Source: a bacterium (GTDB taxonomy: Bacteria > Bacteroidota > Ignavibacteria > Kapaibacteriales > UBA2268). Taken from it: 64,000 nt of DNA. Made by a program: the position numbers and the translations under genes. Under the pieces are notes generated by a model that was not told the DNA's origin, ran no database searches, and saw only the letters and a list, made by a program, of their open reading frames with translations. Of this stretch, positions 56,203-64,000 are shown piece by piece. Every line of letters starts with the position of its first letter. The stretch's first letter is position 1. The DNA is taken from contig JBAXXL010000007.1 of the NCBI GenBank assembly GCA_037127915.1, positions 27,636-91,635 of the forward strand, given 5' to 3'.

Positions 56203-56514
56203 TTATTTCTTCTTCAATTCTGCTTCGACTTCTTCTTCAAATTGTCCTTCATTCTTTTTGAATGAGTCAATAATTGATTTTGTTTTTGTACTAACAGTAT
56301 CAACTACTTTAGCCGCTGTAGCTTCTACTTTTTTCTCGACATCGGCAACGTAATCAGTTGCTTTGCCATAAACTTCGCCACTTTTTGTGCTAATATCTTT
56401 TCTTAATTCAGCACCGGATTTTGGTGCCAATAATAAAGCTGTGATTGCTCCGGCAACTCCGCCGATAAATGTTCCCAAAGCTAATCCTTTCAAATAATCT
56501 TTTTGTTCAGCCAT
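56203..56514 (-). CDS. YtxH-domain protein
   Basis: GLALGTFIGGVAGAITALLLAPKSGAELRKDI matches the YtxH Gly-zipper plus APKSG motif. Confidence 0.6.
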   Translation of the reverse strand: MAEQKDYLKGLALGTFIGGVAGAITALLLAPKSGAELRKDISTKSGEVYGKATDYVADVEKKVEATAAKVVDTVSTKTKSIIDSFKKNEGQFEEEVEAELKKK

Positions 56515-56594
56515 CTCAATATTCCTTTTTAGTTAAACTAATTAGTTATTTATTTTTAATGCATTCGCATATAAAATTCTTTTACATATTCATT

Positions 56595-57044
56595 CTAAAG
56601 TTCTCGAACATCTAAAATCATTTCGCATATTTCTCGAACGGCACCTTCGCCGCCTTTGGAATTACAAACATAATCTACAACCTTTTTCAAAGGCTCAATC
56701 GCATTTGCAGGAACCGCACTAAAACCGGCAAGCTTCAAAGCTTCCAAATCATTAACATCATCGCCTATATAGGCTATTTCATCAGTCGAAATATTCATTT
56801 TCTGTGATATTTCTTTAAGTGCTACATCTTTTTCCCAACAGCCAATATAAATATGTTGTACATTAAGTACTTCTGCTCTTTTTTTAGCTATTTTCGAATC
56901 CTTACTTGTTATAAATGCCGTTTGTATTCCGTATTTGTGTAGTAAAGTAATACCCATTCCGTCATAAGCTGAGAACTTTTTTAGGGCTTCACCCTCGGCG
57001 GAGTAGTACATACTGCCATCGGTAAGTGTTCCGTCAACGTCCAT
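56595..57044 (-). CDS. kdsC: 3-deoxy-D-manno-octulosonate 8-phosphate phosphatase (HAD family)
   Basis: MDVDGTLTDG HAD motif I, GDDVNDLEALKLAGFSAVPANA motif III, 149 aa. The N-terminus appears short relative to typical KdsC, and upstream in-frame sequence (NIKDKLKRIKLFA) looks KdsC-like but lacks a canonical start codon before the next stop. Confidence 0.7.
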   Translation of the reverse strand: MDVDGTLTDGSMYYSAEGEALKKFSAYDGMGITLLHKYGIQTAFITSKDSKIAKKRAEVLNVQHIYIGCWEKDVALKEISQKMNISTDEIAYIGDDVNDLEALKLAGFSAVPANAIEPLKKVVDYVCNSKGGEGAVREICEMILDVREL

Positions 57045-57153
57045 TGCAAAAAGCTTTATTCTTTTTAGCTTATCTTTGATATTTTCTACCCTATAATTTT
57101 GTAATTTTGTAGTTATAATTAGAAGTTTATTTATACAAAATATTGCATTCGAT

Positions 57154-57990
57154 ATGATTAATTACGTAAAAATAGCATTAAATGTTGCAGAAGAAGATTA
57201 CGAAAAAGCCTACTATGTCCTAACTGATTATGATTTCTGCGGAATTGAAGAAGGTTTCGATTTATTATCTATAACATTTACAGAAGAGTATTTTACTGAA
57301 GAATTGAAAACACAATTATTAGATGAATTGAGTAAGTTGATTGAAGATTTCACGGTTAAAGAAATAGAAATAATTGAAGATAAAAACTGGAACGAAGAAT
57401 GGGAAAAGAATCTTGTTCCATTTAAGGTAAATGAGCGTATCGCCATTACCCCTTCCGCACGGGCAGACGAAATTGACGCTCCGATAAAGCTCCTCATAAA
57501 TCCTAAAATGTCATTCGGTACCGGAGAGCACGCGACAACCCGATTAGTTGCCACATTGATGGACGGGCTGGTCCAAAAAGACAGCTTTTGGATTGATGCA
57601 GGAACAGGAACGGGCGTTTTGGGTATTTTAGCAGTGAAACTTGGCGCTAAATCCTGCTATGCTTTCGATAATGACCCTTGGTCGGTGGATAATTCAATTG
57701 AAAATGCTGAAATGAACGGCGTAGCTGATAAAATGGATATAGAAATCGGCAATATTGACACAATGGAGCTACCACCTGCCGATGGTATCGCCGCTAATCT
57801 ATTCTATCACTTAGTTAAAGCCGCTCTGCCTAAATTCCGCAAGGCGTTGGAAATCTCCAAAGGCGATTTATTAATCTCCGGCATTATGGTTCACGACGCA
57901 AAATCAATCATCGAAACAGCCGAAGGTTTGGGCTTCAAAATTCAAAATTCCATTACAGAAAATGAATGGATTGCTTTTCACTTCAGATAA
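57154..57990 (+). CDS. prmA: Ribosomal protein L11 methyltransferase
   Basis: INPKMSFGTGEHATTRL and DAGTGTGVLGILA motifs; 278 aa. Confidence 0.8.
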   Translation: MINYVKIALNVAEEDYEKAYYVLTDYDFCGIEEGFDLLSITFTEEYFTEELKTQLLDELSKLIEDFTVKEIEIIEDKNWNEEWEKNLVPFKVNERIAITPSARADEIDAPIKLLINPKMSFGTGEHATTRLVATLMDGLVQKDSFWIDAGTGTGVLGILAVKLGAKSCYAFDNDPWSVDNSIENAEMNGVADKMDIEIGNIDTMELPPADGIAANLFYHLVKAALPKFRKALEISKGDLLISGIMVHDAKSIIETAEGLGFKIQNSITENEWIAFHFR

Positions 57991-58020
57991 TGATTAATTA
58001 TAAATTATTAATTATTAATG

Positions 58021-58420
58021 GGATGAAGACGGATGTCATTACCGCGGAAGCGGTAATCCATCTTCTTGAATAGCCACGACCTCCGGTAGAGACGCGATTT
58101 ATCGCGTCTAATGTGCCGAAATTGGAGACGCGATAAATCGCTTCTCTACAATCCAACGCACTTTTTTTCCCGTAATTCGTTATTGATAACGCGCCCGGCC
58201 AAGGCAAAAAAATGACCTCCGGCGGGGAGGTCAGAATTTTCTATTACCATCATCCTGTAAATCCTCTAATCCTGTATATCCAGATTCAGACAAGAAGGCG
58301 GACAGGTCACGACCTATCCCTACGGTTAAAAATTCTCTGCGTCTTCGCGTCTTTGCGGTGAATTCTTCTTCCGTGCTACGTCTTGTTCTCCTATACCCCA
58401 AAACCCTACACCCCAAACCC
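58021..58420. ncRNA. GC-rich, hairpin-dense intergenic block; candidate structured RNA or regulatory region, class undetermined
   Basis: Roughly 50 percent GC against a background near 33 percent. It contains ATTACCGC-GGAA-GCGGTAAT (8-bp stem, GNRA-type loop), AGACGCGAT-TT-ATCGCGTCT, the related GAGACGCGATAAATCGCTTCTC, and GACCTCC-GGCGG-GGAGGTC. It lies between the ends of convergent genes and no ORF of significance covers it. Confidence 0.3.
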
Positions 58421-58421
58421 T

Positions 58422-58447
58422 AAAAAAAAGGGGCTTAATTGCCCCTA
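58422..58447 (-). terminator. Intrinsic terminator of the ptsN-like gene
   Basis: On the minus strand GGGGCAATTAAGCCCC is followed by TTTTTTTT. Confidence 0.75.
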
Positions 58448-58897
58448 TGCATCATATTCTTTAATCAAATTGTATGCGGTAGTTTCGTCTTTTGCCGCTA
58501 TCAGTTTTTCTTTGAACTCAGCATTATTCATCAGGTGCGATATCCGGCTGAGTAGCTTTAAGTGCATACCGACATTGTTTTCCCTACCCAGTATCAAAGA
58601 CACCAAGTTCACGGGTACATTGTCCAAGGATTGAGAGTCAATTGGTTCAGCCAACACACCAACTGCAATTATTGTGTCCTCAACTGCGCCTGTTTTTGCG
58701 TGCGGCAGAGCAACACCAAAGCCAATACCGGTACTCATTATCTCCTCGCGATGAATAATTTCTTTGAGTGCCCGGTCTTTATCTTTTAATTTATCTGAAT
58801 TATTAGCAAGATCAACCATTACATTCAATAAGTCATCCTTATCTTTTGCAATAAGACCGACTTTGATTGAATTTATGTTGATGATTTCTTGTAACAT
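58445..58897 (-). CDS. ptsN: PTS EIIA-type (fructose/nitrogen family) regulatory protein, PtsN-like
   Basis: GIGFGVALPHAK with the phosphorylatable His; 150 aa. Confidence 0.7.
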   Translation of the reverse strand: MLQEIININSIKVGLIAKDKDDLLNVMVDLANNSDKLKDKDRALKEIIHREEIMSTGIGFGVALPHAKTGAVEDTIIAVGVLAEPIDSQSLDNVPVNLVSLILGRENNVGMHLKLLSRISHLMNNAEFKEKLIAAKDETTAYNLIKEYDA

Positions 58898-58922
58898 ACT
58901 AATTTCCTATTTTTTAAAAATT

Positions 58923-61427
58923 CTAATTTTCTAATTTCCATTTGTGAATCAGTTCTGCGTACTTTTTCGCTAACGATTCAACCGATTCAGCTGAAAAACT
59001 TTCAGCAAATATACTGAATATCCCCTTTTCTTGGTCTGGTAATATCAATACATTTTCCGATTCACTTTCAAATATCTTAATTCCGTCAATAAGTTCGCGC
59101 TTCATATCATTACTGTAATCCATTGCTTTACGCATTACCGCACCTTTTTTATACCACGGAACGCTTACATAAATCAATTTGTTATGCGTCTGCGGTAAAC
59201 TATCATCGATTTGCGAGATTGTTAATCCCGAAGTAGCTAACATTTCTAAGATTTTGCCTATCGAGAACATAGCATCCGATGCGAATAAAAAGTCAGTAAA
59301 CACGTATCCGCCATAAATACCGCCAACAAACAAATAGTTGTCATCCAACGTGATATCCATCATAGCGGAATGGTTGTTTTTAACACGAGTAACCTCGACA
59401 TTATAATCTTTTGCTATTATATCAATAGTGTTAGGCGCGGCAACCGATACCGCAATCTTATACGGCTCTCTATGACGATTGGTTTCCAAAAATAATTTAG
59501 TAATAATGGAGAGCATTCTATTTTGTGAATACCATCTCCCCCGCTCATCAATAATGGAAATTTTTTCCGCACCGCGAAGTATCGAAAATCCAAGTTCATA
59601 TCCAAGCGATGTCATAATTTTGCCACTTGGGTCTTCGTCCAAATTGCCTTCTGTAGGATCGGGATGAAATTTATATGCGTCGATGTAATTATTCAATGAC
59701 AATGCATTTACATTTAGTTCACCCAAAACGCTTGGGAAAATTGTCGAAGCCATTCCATAGGAGTAATCTATCAATAATTTAAAATTTCCAGAGCGAACGC
59801 GCTCAATATCCAAAGCTTCAAGATATCTATTTCTATATACTTCAATTGACCGGTCAGAATAAACGAGGCTTCCAATTTCGTTAAAGTTAACTCTCTTTAT
59901 ATCTTCACCAAAGAAGTAACGCTCAATTTTTTTTGTCGTCGATATAGGAATATCCCTGCCATCTTTAGAAAATATTATAATATCTGTACAATTTGGTAAA
60001 CGCAGTGATGGTCGTACGTGAATTCCGCCTTCGAATTTTCCTCTTTGTAATTCCTGACGTGTTTGTGGAATCGGAATTTCCTGAATATCGGAAACATTAA
60101 CTCCTACTGAGGCTAACCCGCAAGTAATAGCGCGTTTTATAATCCTTGAAACAAGGTCAGGAGCACGACTGGCGCAGATAGTAGTATTTTTACCGAAAGT
60201 CAATCCTAAAGCTGAGCCTAACTTAGCCGCAAATTCAGGATTAATTTCTATATTAGATATACCTGTGATACGGGCACCCGAGAATAGCTCGCGTTGCCAT
60301 TTATCTTCTTGCACTAGTGAAGTTGACAGAGTGGCACCATCTTCTATCCGTTTATTAGGCCAAAGTTTTATATTCGAATTAATAACAGCGTTTTTTCCTA
60401 CTTTGCAATTCTCTGCTATAAATACATTATCAGAAACAAATACTTCTGAACCGATTATGCAGTTGGAGCAGATTACATCGGAGTTCAATTCAGCAAAATC
60501 ATCAATTTGGACATTGTCCCAAAGTGTTGTTCTATTGAGTTTAACACCATTGCCAATAATAACTTTATCACCGATTATACAATTGGTAATTACTGCGCCC
60601 TCGCCTATCTTTGTGTTTTTACCAATATGATTATTTTCATTAAAAATTGCGGATGCGGCTATTTCGGAAGTCCTTCCCATAACAGAAAGTTCGTTGCAAT
60701 CAGGATGGTGTAGAGTACATTTGCCATTCAAGGCATCTAATTGGCTTTGCTGATATTCGTTCAAATTACCGATATCACGCCAATAACCATCGGCTATATA
60801 ACCGTATAATGGCAAGCCTTTTCTTAACATATCCGGAAATAAATCCTGACTGAAATCATATTCCTTTTGGTAAGGAATCAAATCCATTATTTCCGGTTCA
60901 AATATATAAATTCCGGTATTAATCGTATCGCTGAAAACTTGTCCCCAAGATGGCTTCTCTAAAAAGCGAGAAATTTTCCCTTCGGGTTCGGTCATTACAA
61001 TACCGTATTGAAGCGGTGTTTCAACGCGCGTTAAAAGTATGGTTGCCATAGCGCCTTTTTCTATATGGAATGCCAAGGCTTTTTCAATATCAAAATCAGT
61101 GAGAACGTCGCCGCTGATAACAATAAATCTTTCCTTCAAACCTTCAGCGGCATTACGAACAGCACCTGCTGTACCGTAATCTTCTTCTGCAATGACATAT
61201 TTCATATCTATGCCATGCTCGACACCCTTGCCAAAATGATTTATTATAGTATCAGGTTGAAAATAAAGCAGTGATGTAACATCAACTATATTATGGTGTT
61301 TTAACAAGTAAACTATATGCTCCATCATTGGAGCGTTCATAATGGGAACCATTGGTTTGGGAATACTCATTGTAAGTGGCCTTAAGCGTGTACCGAAACC
61401 GCCTGCCATAATAACTGCTTTTTTCAT
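58923..61427 (-). CDS. Bifunctional sugar-1-phosphate nucleotidyltransferase (GDP-mannose pyrophosphorylase-like, with left-handed beta-helix) and phosphohexomutase-like domain
   Basis: MKKAVIMAGGFGTRLRPLT nucleotidyltransferase motif, hexapeptide-repeat region, and a C-terminal alpha-D-phosphohexomutase-like region (GGIHVRPS resembles the active-site loop); 834 aa. Confidence 0.65.
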   Translation of the reverse strand: MKKAVIMAGGFGTRLRPLTMSIPKPMVPIMNAPMMEHIVYLLKHHNIVDVTSLLYFQPDTIINHFGKGVEHGIDMKYVIAEEDYGTAGAVRNAAEGLKERFIVISGDVLTDFDIEKALAFHIEKGAMATILLTRVETPLQYGIVMTEPEGKISRFLEKPSWGQVFSDTINTGIYIFEPEIMDLIPYQKEYDFSQDLFPDMLRKGLPLYGYIADGYWRDIGNLNEYQQSQLDALNGKCTLHHPDCNELSVMGRTSEIAASAIFNENNHIGKNTKIGEGAVITNCIIGDKVIIGNGVKLNRTTLWDNVQIDDFAELNSDVICSNCIIGSEVFVSDNVFIAENCKVGKNAVINSNIKLWPNKRIEDGATLSTSLVQEDKWQRELFSGARITGISNIEINPEFAAKLGSALGLTFGKNTTICASRAPDLVSRIIKRAITCGLASVGVNVSDIQEIPIPQTRQELQRGKFEGGIHVRPSLRLPNCTDIIIFSKDGRDIPISTTKKIERYFFGEDIKRVNFNEIGSLVYSDRSIEVYRNRYLEALDIERVRSGNFKLLIDYSYGMASTIFPSVLGELNVNALSLNNYIDAYKFHPDPTEGNLDEDPSGKIMTSLGYELGFSILRGAEKISIIDERGRWYSQNRMLSIITKLFLETNRHREPYKIAVSVAAPNTIDIIAKDYNVEVTRVKNNHSAMMDITLDDNYLFVGGIYGGYVFTDFLFASDAMFSIGKILEMLATSGLTISQIDDSLPQTHNKLIYVSVPWYKKGAVMRKAMDYSNDMKRELIDGIKIFESESENVLILPDQEKGIFSIFAESFSAESVESLAKKYAELIHKWKLEN

Positions 61428-61448
61428 ACTATTCTCTATATTAGTAGT

Positions 61449-62762
61449 TTATATTTTTTTCGATATATAATAGTAATGACTTCCGAAGCGTTCGAAAGCC
61501 GCTTTTTCTAGCTCTTCCCTATAAGACGGATGAGCAATATCAATTAGTGCTTTAGCTCGTTTTTGTAATGATTTACCATATAAGTATGCTATTCCGTATT
61601 CGGTTACAATATAATGAACCTCAGGGCGGGTAGTAACAACACCTGCGCCGACAGTCAAGGTTGGCACAATCTTGCTGATACCTTTTAACGTCGAAGACGG
61701 CATTGCGATTATTGGTTTCCCACCAATACTTTTCGCGGCACCGCTGATAAAATCAACCTGTCCACCAACACCGGAATAATGTAATGTACCTATTGAATCG
61801 GCACAAACCTGTCCGGTCAAATCAATTTGTAATGCTGAATTTATTGCTGTTACTTTCGGGTTTTTGGCAATGTTGATAATTGAATTAGTATAATCTACAG
61901 CCATCATCGCTACCATAGGGTTATCATCAACAAAATCGTAAAGTGCTTGAGAACCCATAAGAAATGATGCAACTATTCTGCGTTTGTCAATCATTTTCTC
62001 TTCACCGGTGATAATTCCTTTTTCTACTAACGGAATCAATCCATCAGAAAACATTTCTGTATGAACACCTAAACGTTTGTGATTGCCTAATTCGGCTAAT
62101 ACAGCATTTGGTATCGCCCCTATTCCCATTTGTAAAGTTGCGCCATCTTCAACTAATGATGCTACCTGGTGCCCGATTTTTGTGTCTATTTCAGTGATAC
62201 AAGGTGTGTGTGCTTCGTAAAGCGGTTCGTCGTGTTCGACAAAAATATCGAAATAATCGAGTGGCATCATAGCGTCGCCCCAAGCTTTAGGAACATATTT
62301 ATTAATTACTGCTATTACAATTTTGGCTTTTTCTATTGCGGCACGTGTAGCTTCTACAGAGGTTCCTAACGATACCCATCCGTGTTGGTTCGGTTTCGAA
62401 ATCTGAACCAAAGCTACGTCAACCGGACAAATATCTTGATATATTAAAGTTGCTGTTTCAGATAAAAACACAGGAATATAATCAGCGCGGCCTGCTTGAG
62501 TTGCCTTTCTTACATTGCCGCCTACAAAAAATGATTCCAAATTAAAAATATTCTCGAATTCCGGTTCTACATACTGTGCATAGCCTTCTGTGTGCAGATG
62601 CTGGATTGTAACATCTTCAATTTCTCCCCGTCTCGCGCGTTCACACATTGCATTTACTAAAATTTGTGGGAAACACGCTACAGCGTGGATATGAACTCGA
62701 TCACCGCTTTTTATAGCTTTAACTGCTTCTTCTGCTGAAACCGGTTTATACGTTTTTTTCAT
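61449..62762 (-). CDS. Acetyl-CoA hydrolase/transferase family protein (4-hydroxybutyrate/succinyl-CoA:acetate CoA-transferase-like)
   Basis: 437 aa with AcetylCoA hydrolase/transferase N- and C-terminal signatures (GDRVHIHAVACFPQILVNAM; GIGAIPNAVLAEL; the EXG Glu region). Confidence 0.7.
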   Translation of the reverse strand: MKKTYKPVSAEEAVKAIKSGDRVHIHAVACFPQILVNAMCERARRGEIEDVTIQHLHTEGYAQYVEPEFENIFNLESFFVGGNVRKATQAGRADYIPVFLSETATLIYQDICPVDVALVQISKPNQHGWVSLGTSVEATRAAIEKAKIVIAVINKYVPKAWGDAMMPLDYFDIFVEHDEPLYEAHTPCITEIDTKIGHQVASLVEDGATLQMGIGAIPNAVLAELGNHKRLGVHTEMFSDGLIPLVEKGIITGEEKMIDKRRIVASFLMGSQALYDFVDDNPMVAMMAVDYTNSIINIAKNPKVTAINSALQIDLTGQVCADSIGTLHYSGVGGQVDFISGAAKSIGGKPIIAMPSSTLKGISKIVPTLTVGAGVVTTRPEVHYIVTEYGIAYLYGKSLQKRAKALIDIAHPSYREELEKAAFERFGSHYYYISKKI

Positions 62763-62823
62763 TATTCATTCTTATATTTGTTTATATACAAATTACAAAA
62801 TTAAAGTTTTTAAATTAAATACT

Positions 62824-64000
62824 ATGAAAAATCGTAAAAATATCACAATAGAATTGGAAATTGAGTCCAATGGATTCGAAGGTTCTTCTGTTGCACGCAA
62901 AGATGGATTGGTCTATTTCGTTAAAGGAGCCATTGCCGGAGATAAGGTTAACGCATTGGTTATTAAGAAGAAAAAGAAATACTGTATGGCGAACATGCTT
63001 GAGCTTCTCGAACCATCACCGGAAAGAATCGAACCCAAATGTAAATACTTCGGAACCTGCGGTGGATGCTCGTGGCAAATGCTGAGTTATCCGAACCAAT
63101 TAAAGTGGAAACGCCAGCACGTAATTGATTCGTTTGAGCATATCGCGAAAATTTCACCAAAAATAATTGAAGAGACAATTCCGTCGGTTCGTGAATTCCA
63201 TTATCGCAACAAAATGGAGTATTCATTTAGCGCAAGTAGGTGGTTATTTGATAGCGAGATAAAGTCTATCTCCCCTATCGAAAACAAAAATTTTGCTCTC
63301 GGTTTGCACGTACCCGGACGTTATGACAAAGTAATTGACCTCGATTATTGCTTAATTGATGAAGAAATAAATGACGAGATTGTAAATAAAATTCGTCAGA
63401 AAGCGGTCGAATTAAAAATTACCGCATATAATACTTTCACAAAAAAAGGCTTTTTGAAAAATCTTGCTCTGCGGAATTCTGTTAAGAATAATGAAATTAT
63501 GGTAATTTTAATTACCGACGATATTAAAGAAGAGAATGAGCAAACTTTTATTGATTGGTATAAAACCGAATTTGGTGAATTTTTCCCAACTATTAGCAAT
63601 ATCGTTCACGCTATAAATAATAAAGTTACTCCAGTAGCTATCGGTAGTATTGTTTTCACCAAGGGACGCGGATTTATAACTGAAGATATTTTGGGAATTT
63701 CTTATCAAATCTCCCCATTCTCCTTTTTCCAGACAAATTCATATCAATTGGATAGATTCATTGGAAAAATTATTGAAATAGCCGATATTAAACCTACCGA
63801 CATAGTTTGGGATTTATACTGCGGGACCGGCTCAATCACTCTCCCTGCGGCTAAACAAGCTAAGCATATATATGGATTGGAGCTTTCGGAAACAGCAATT
63901 GGCGATGCGCGTAAGAACGCTGAATTGAATAATCTTACGAATGTGGAATTCTTCTGCGAAGACTTGCATAGAGACCACATACCGGCTTTGCTGAATTCAT
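62824..64000 (+). CDS. rlmD: 23S rRNA (uracil-5-)-methyltransferase RlmD/RumA, partial (continues past window end)
   Basis: Hand translation from the ATG at 62824: MKNRKNITIELEIESNGFEGSSVARKDGLVYFVKGAIAGDKV (TRAM), CKYFGTCGGCSWQ (Fe-S cluster cysteines), DLYCGTGSITLPAA (SAM motif I). No stop before the window end, so it is absent from the ORF track. Confidence 0.75.
   Translation, partial: MKNRKNITIELEIESNGFEGSSVARKDGLVYFVKGAIAGDKVNALVIKKKKKYCMANMLELLEPSPERIEPKCKYFGTCGGCSWQMLSYPNQLKWKRQHVIDSFEHIAKISPKIIEETIPSVREFHYRNKMEYSFSASRWLFDSEIKSISPIENKNFALGLHVPGRYDKVIDLDYCLIDEEINDEIVNKIRQKAVELKITAYNTFTKKGFLKNLALRNSVKNNEIMVILITDDIKEENEQTFIDWYKTEFGEFFPTISNIVHAINNKVTPVAIGSIVFTKGRGFITEDILGISYQISPFSFFQTNSYQLDRFIGKIIEIADIKPTDIVWDLYCGTGSITLPAAKQAKHIYGLELSETAIGDARKNAELNNLTNVEFFCEDLHRDHIPALLNS

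Noticed and set aside
58021-58420. Attempt to assign the GC-rich structured block to RNase P RNA, tmRNA or SRP RNA
   Set aside because: On neither strand could I find the conserved P4/GGAAAGUCCGG or ACAGAACCCGGCUUA segments of RNase P, the tRNA-like acceptor end of tmRNA, or the SRP domain IV GGAAGCAGCCA-type motif. The class is left open.
58395-58421. Telomere-like CCCCAAAACCCTACACCCCAAACCC repeats
   Set aside because: It is a short imperfect tract next to a terminator in a bacterial chromosome, most likely a chance low-complexity sequence. I mention it only as an oddity.
1-64000. CRISPR arrays, integrases/transposases, tRNA or rRNA genes
   Set aside because: I found no regularly spaced direct repeats with unique spacers, no recombinase, transposase or reverse-transcriptase ORFs, and no tRNA-like cloverleaf or rRNA-like conserved segments while reading. 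The repeats present are intergenic spacer modules and microsatellites.

Overview
This is a low-GC (about one third G+C) bacterial chromosomal window, apparently from an FCB-superphylum organism (Ignavibacteria/Bacteroidota-like). That guess rests on many proteins ending in T9SS-type C-terminal sorting domains, the presence of Fibrobacter-succinogenes-major-paralogous (FISUMP) domains, and the AT-rich promoter regions. The first 22 kb, all on the minus strand, is a head-to-tail tandem array of nine large paralogous secreted proteins. The first copy is partial at the window edge. Seven 670-690 aa members share one architecture: signal peptide, conserved N-terminal module, VWA domain with a MIDAS DxSGS motif, Ig-like (ASH / choice-of-anchor-like) domains, a small PNGGE...ITWEG...YSTDNG beta-sandwich module, and a C-terminal FISUMP domain ending GFSVRC(I/V/L)xD. 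Upstream of these sits a 1476-aa member that replaces FISUMP with a multi-blade beta-propeller, further Ig/fn3 domains and a T9SS tail. The first four spacers are near-identical and contain two conserved hairpins, short tandem ACTTTATRA repeats and TTCTTCTC microsatellites. A palindromic ACTCATCCGATGAGT-type element sits upstream of four copies. The rest of the window is mostly housekeeping and envelope genes: a SPOR protein coupled to tatC, serA-like dehydrogenase, GT39 glycosyltransferase, a MarR-regulated P-type ATPase, FabK-like and KAS III-like genes, an MFS transporter, MeaB, RdgB, PrmA, KdsC, PtsN, a bifunctional sugar nucleotidyltransferase/phosphomutase, a CoA-transferase and RlmD. 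Interspersed are two clusters of T9SS cargo genes: a transglutaminase-like protein, a beta-helix protein, a deiodinase-like thioredoxin-fold protein, a second FISUMP protein and a possible C25-like protein. A roughly 400-bp GC-rich, hairpin-dense intergenic block at 58.0-58.4 kb is a candidate structured RNA. All calls are from reading the sequence and ORF translations; no database searches were run.
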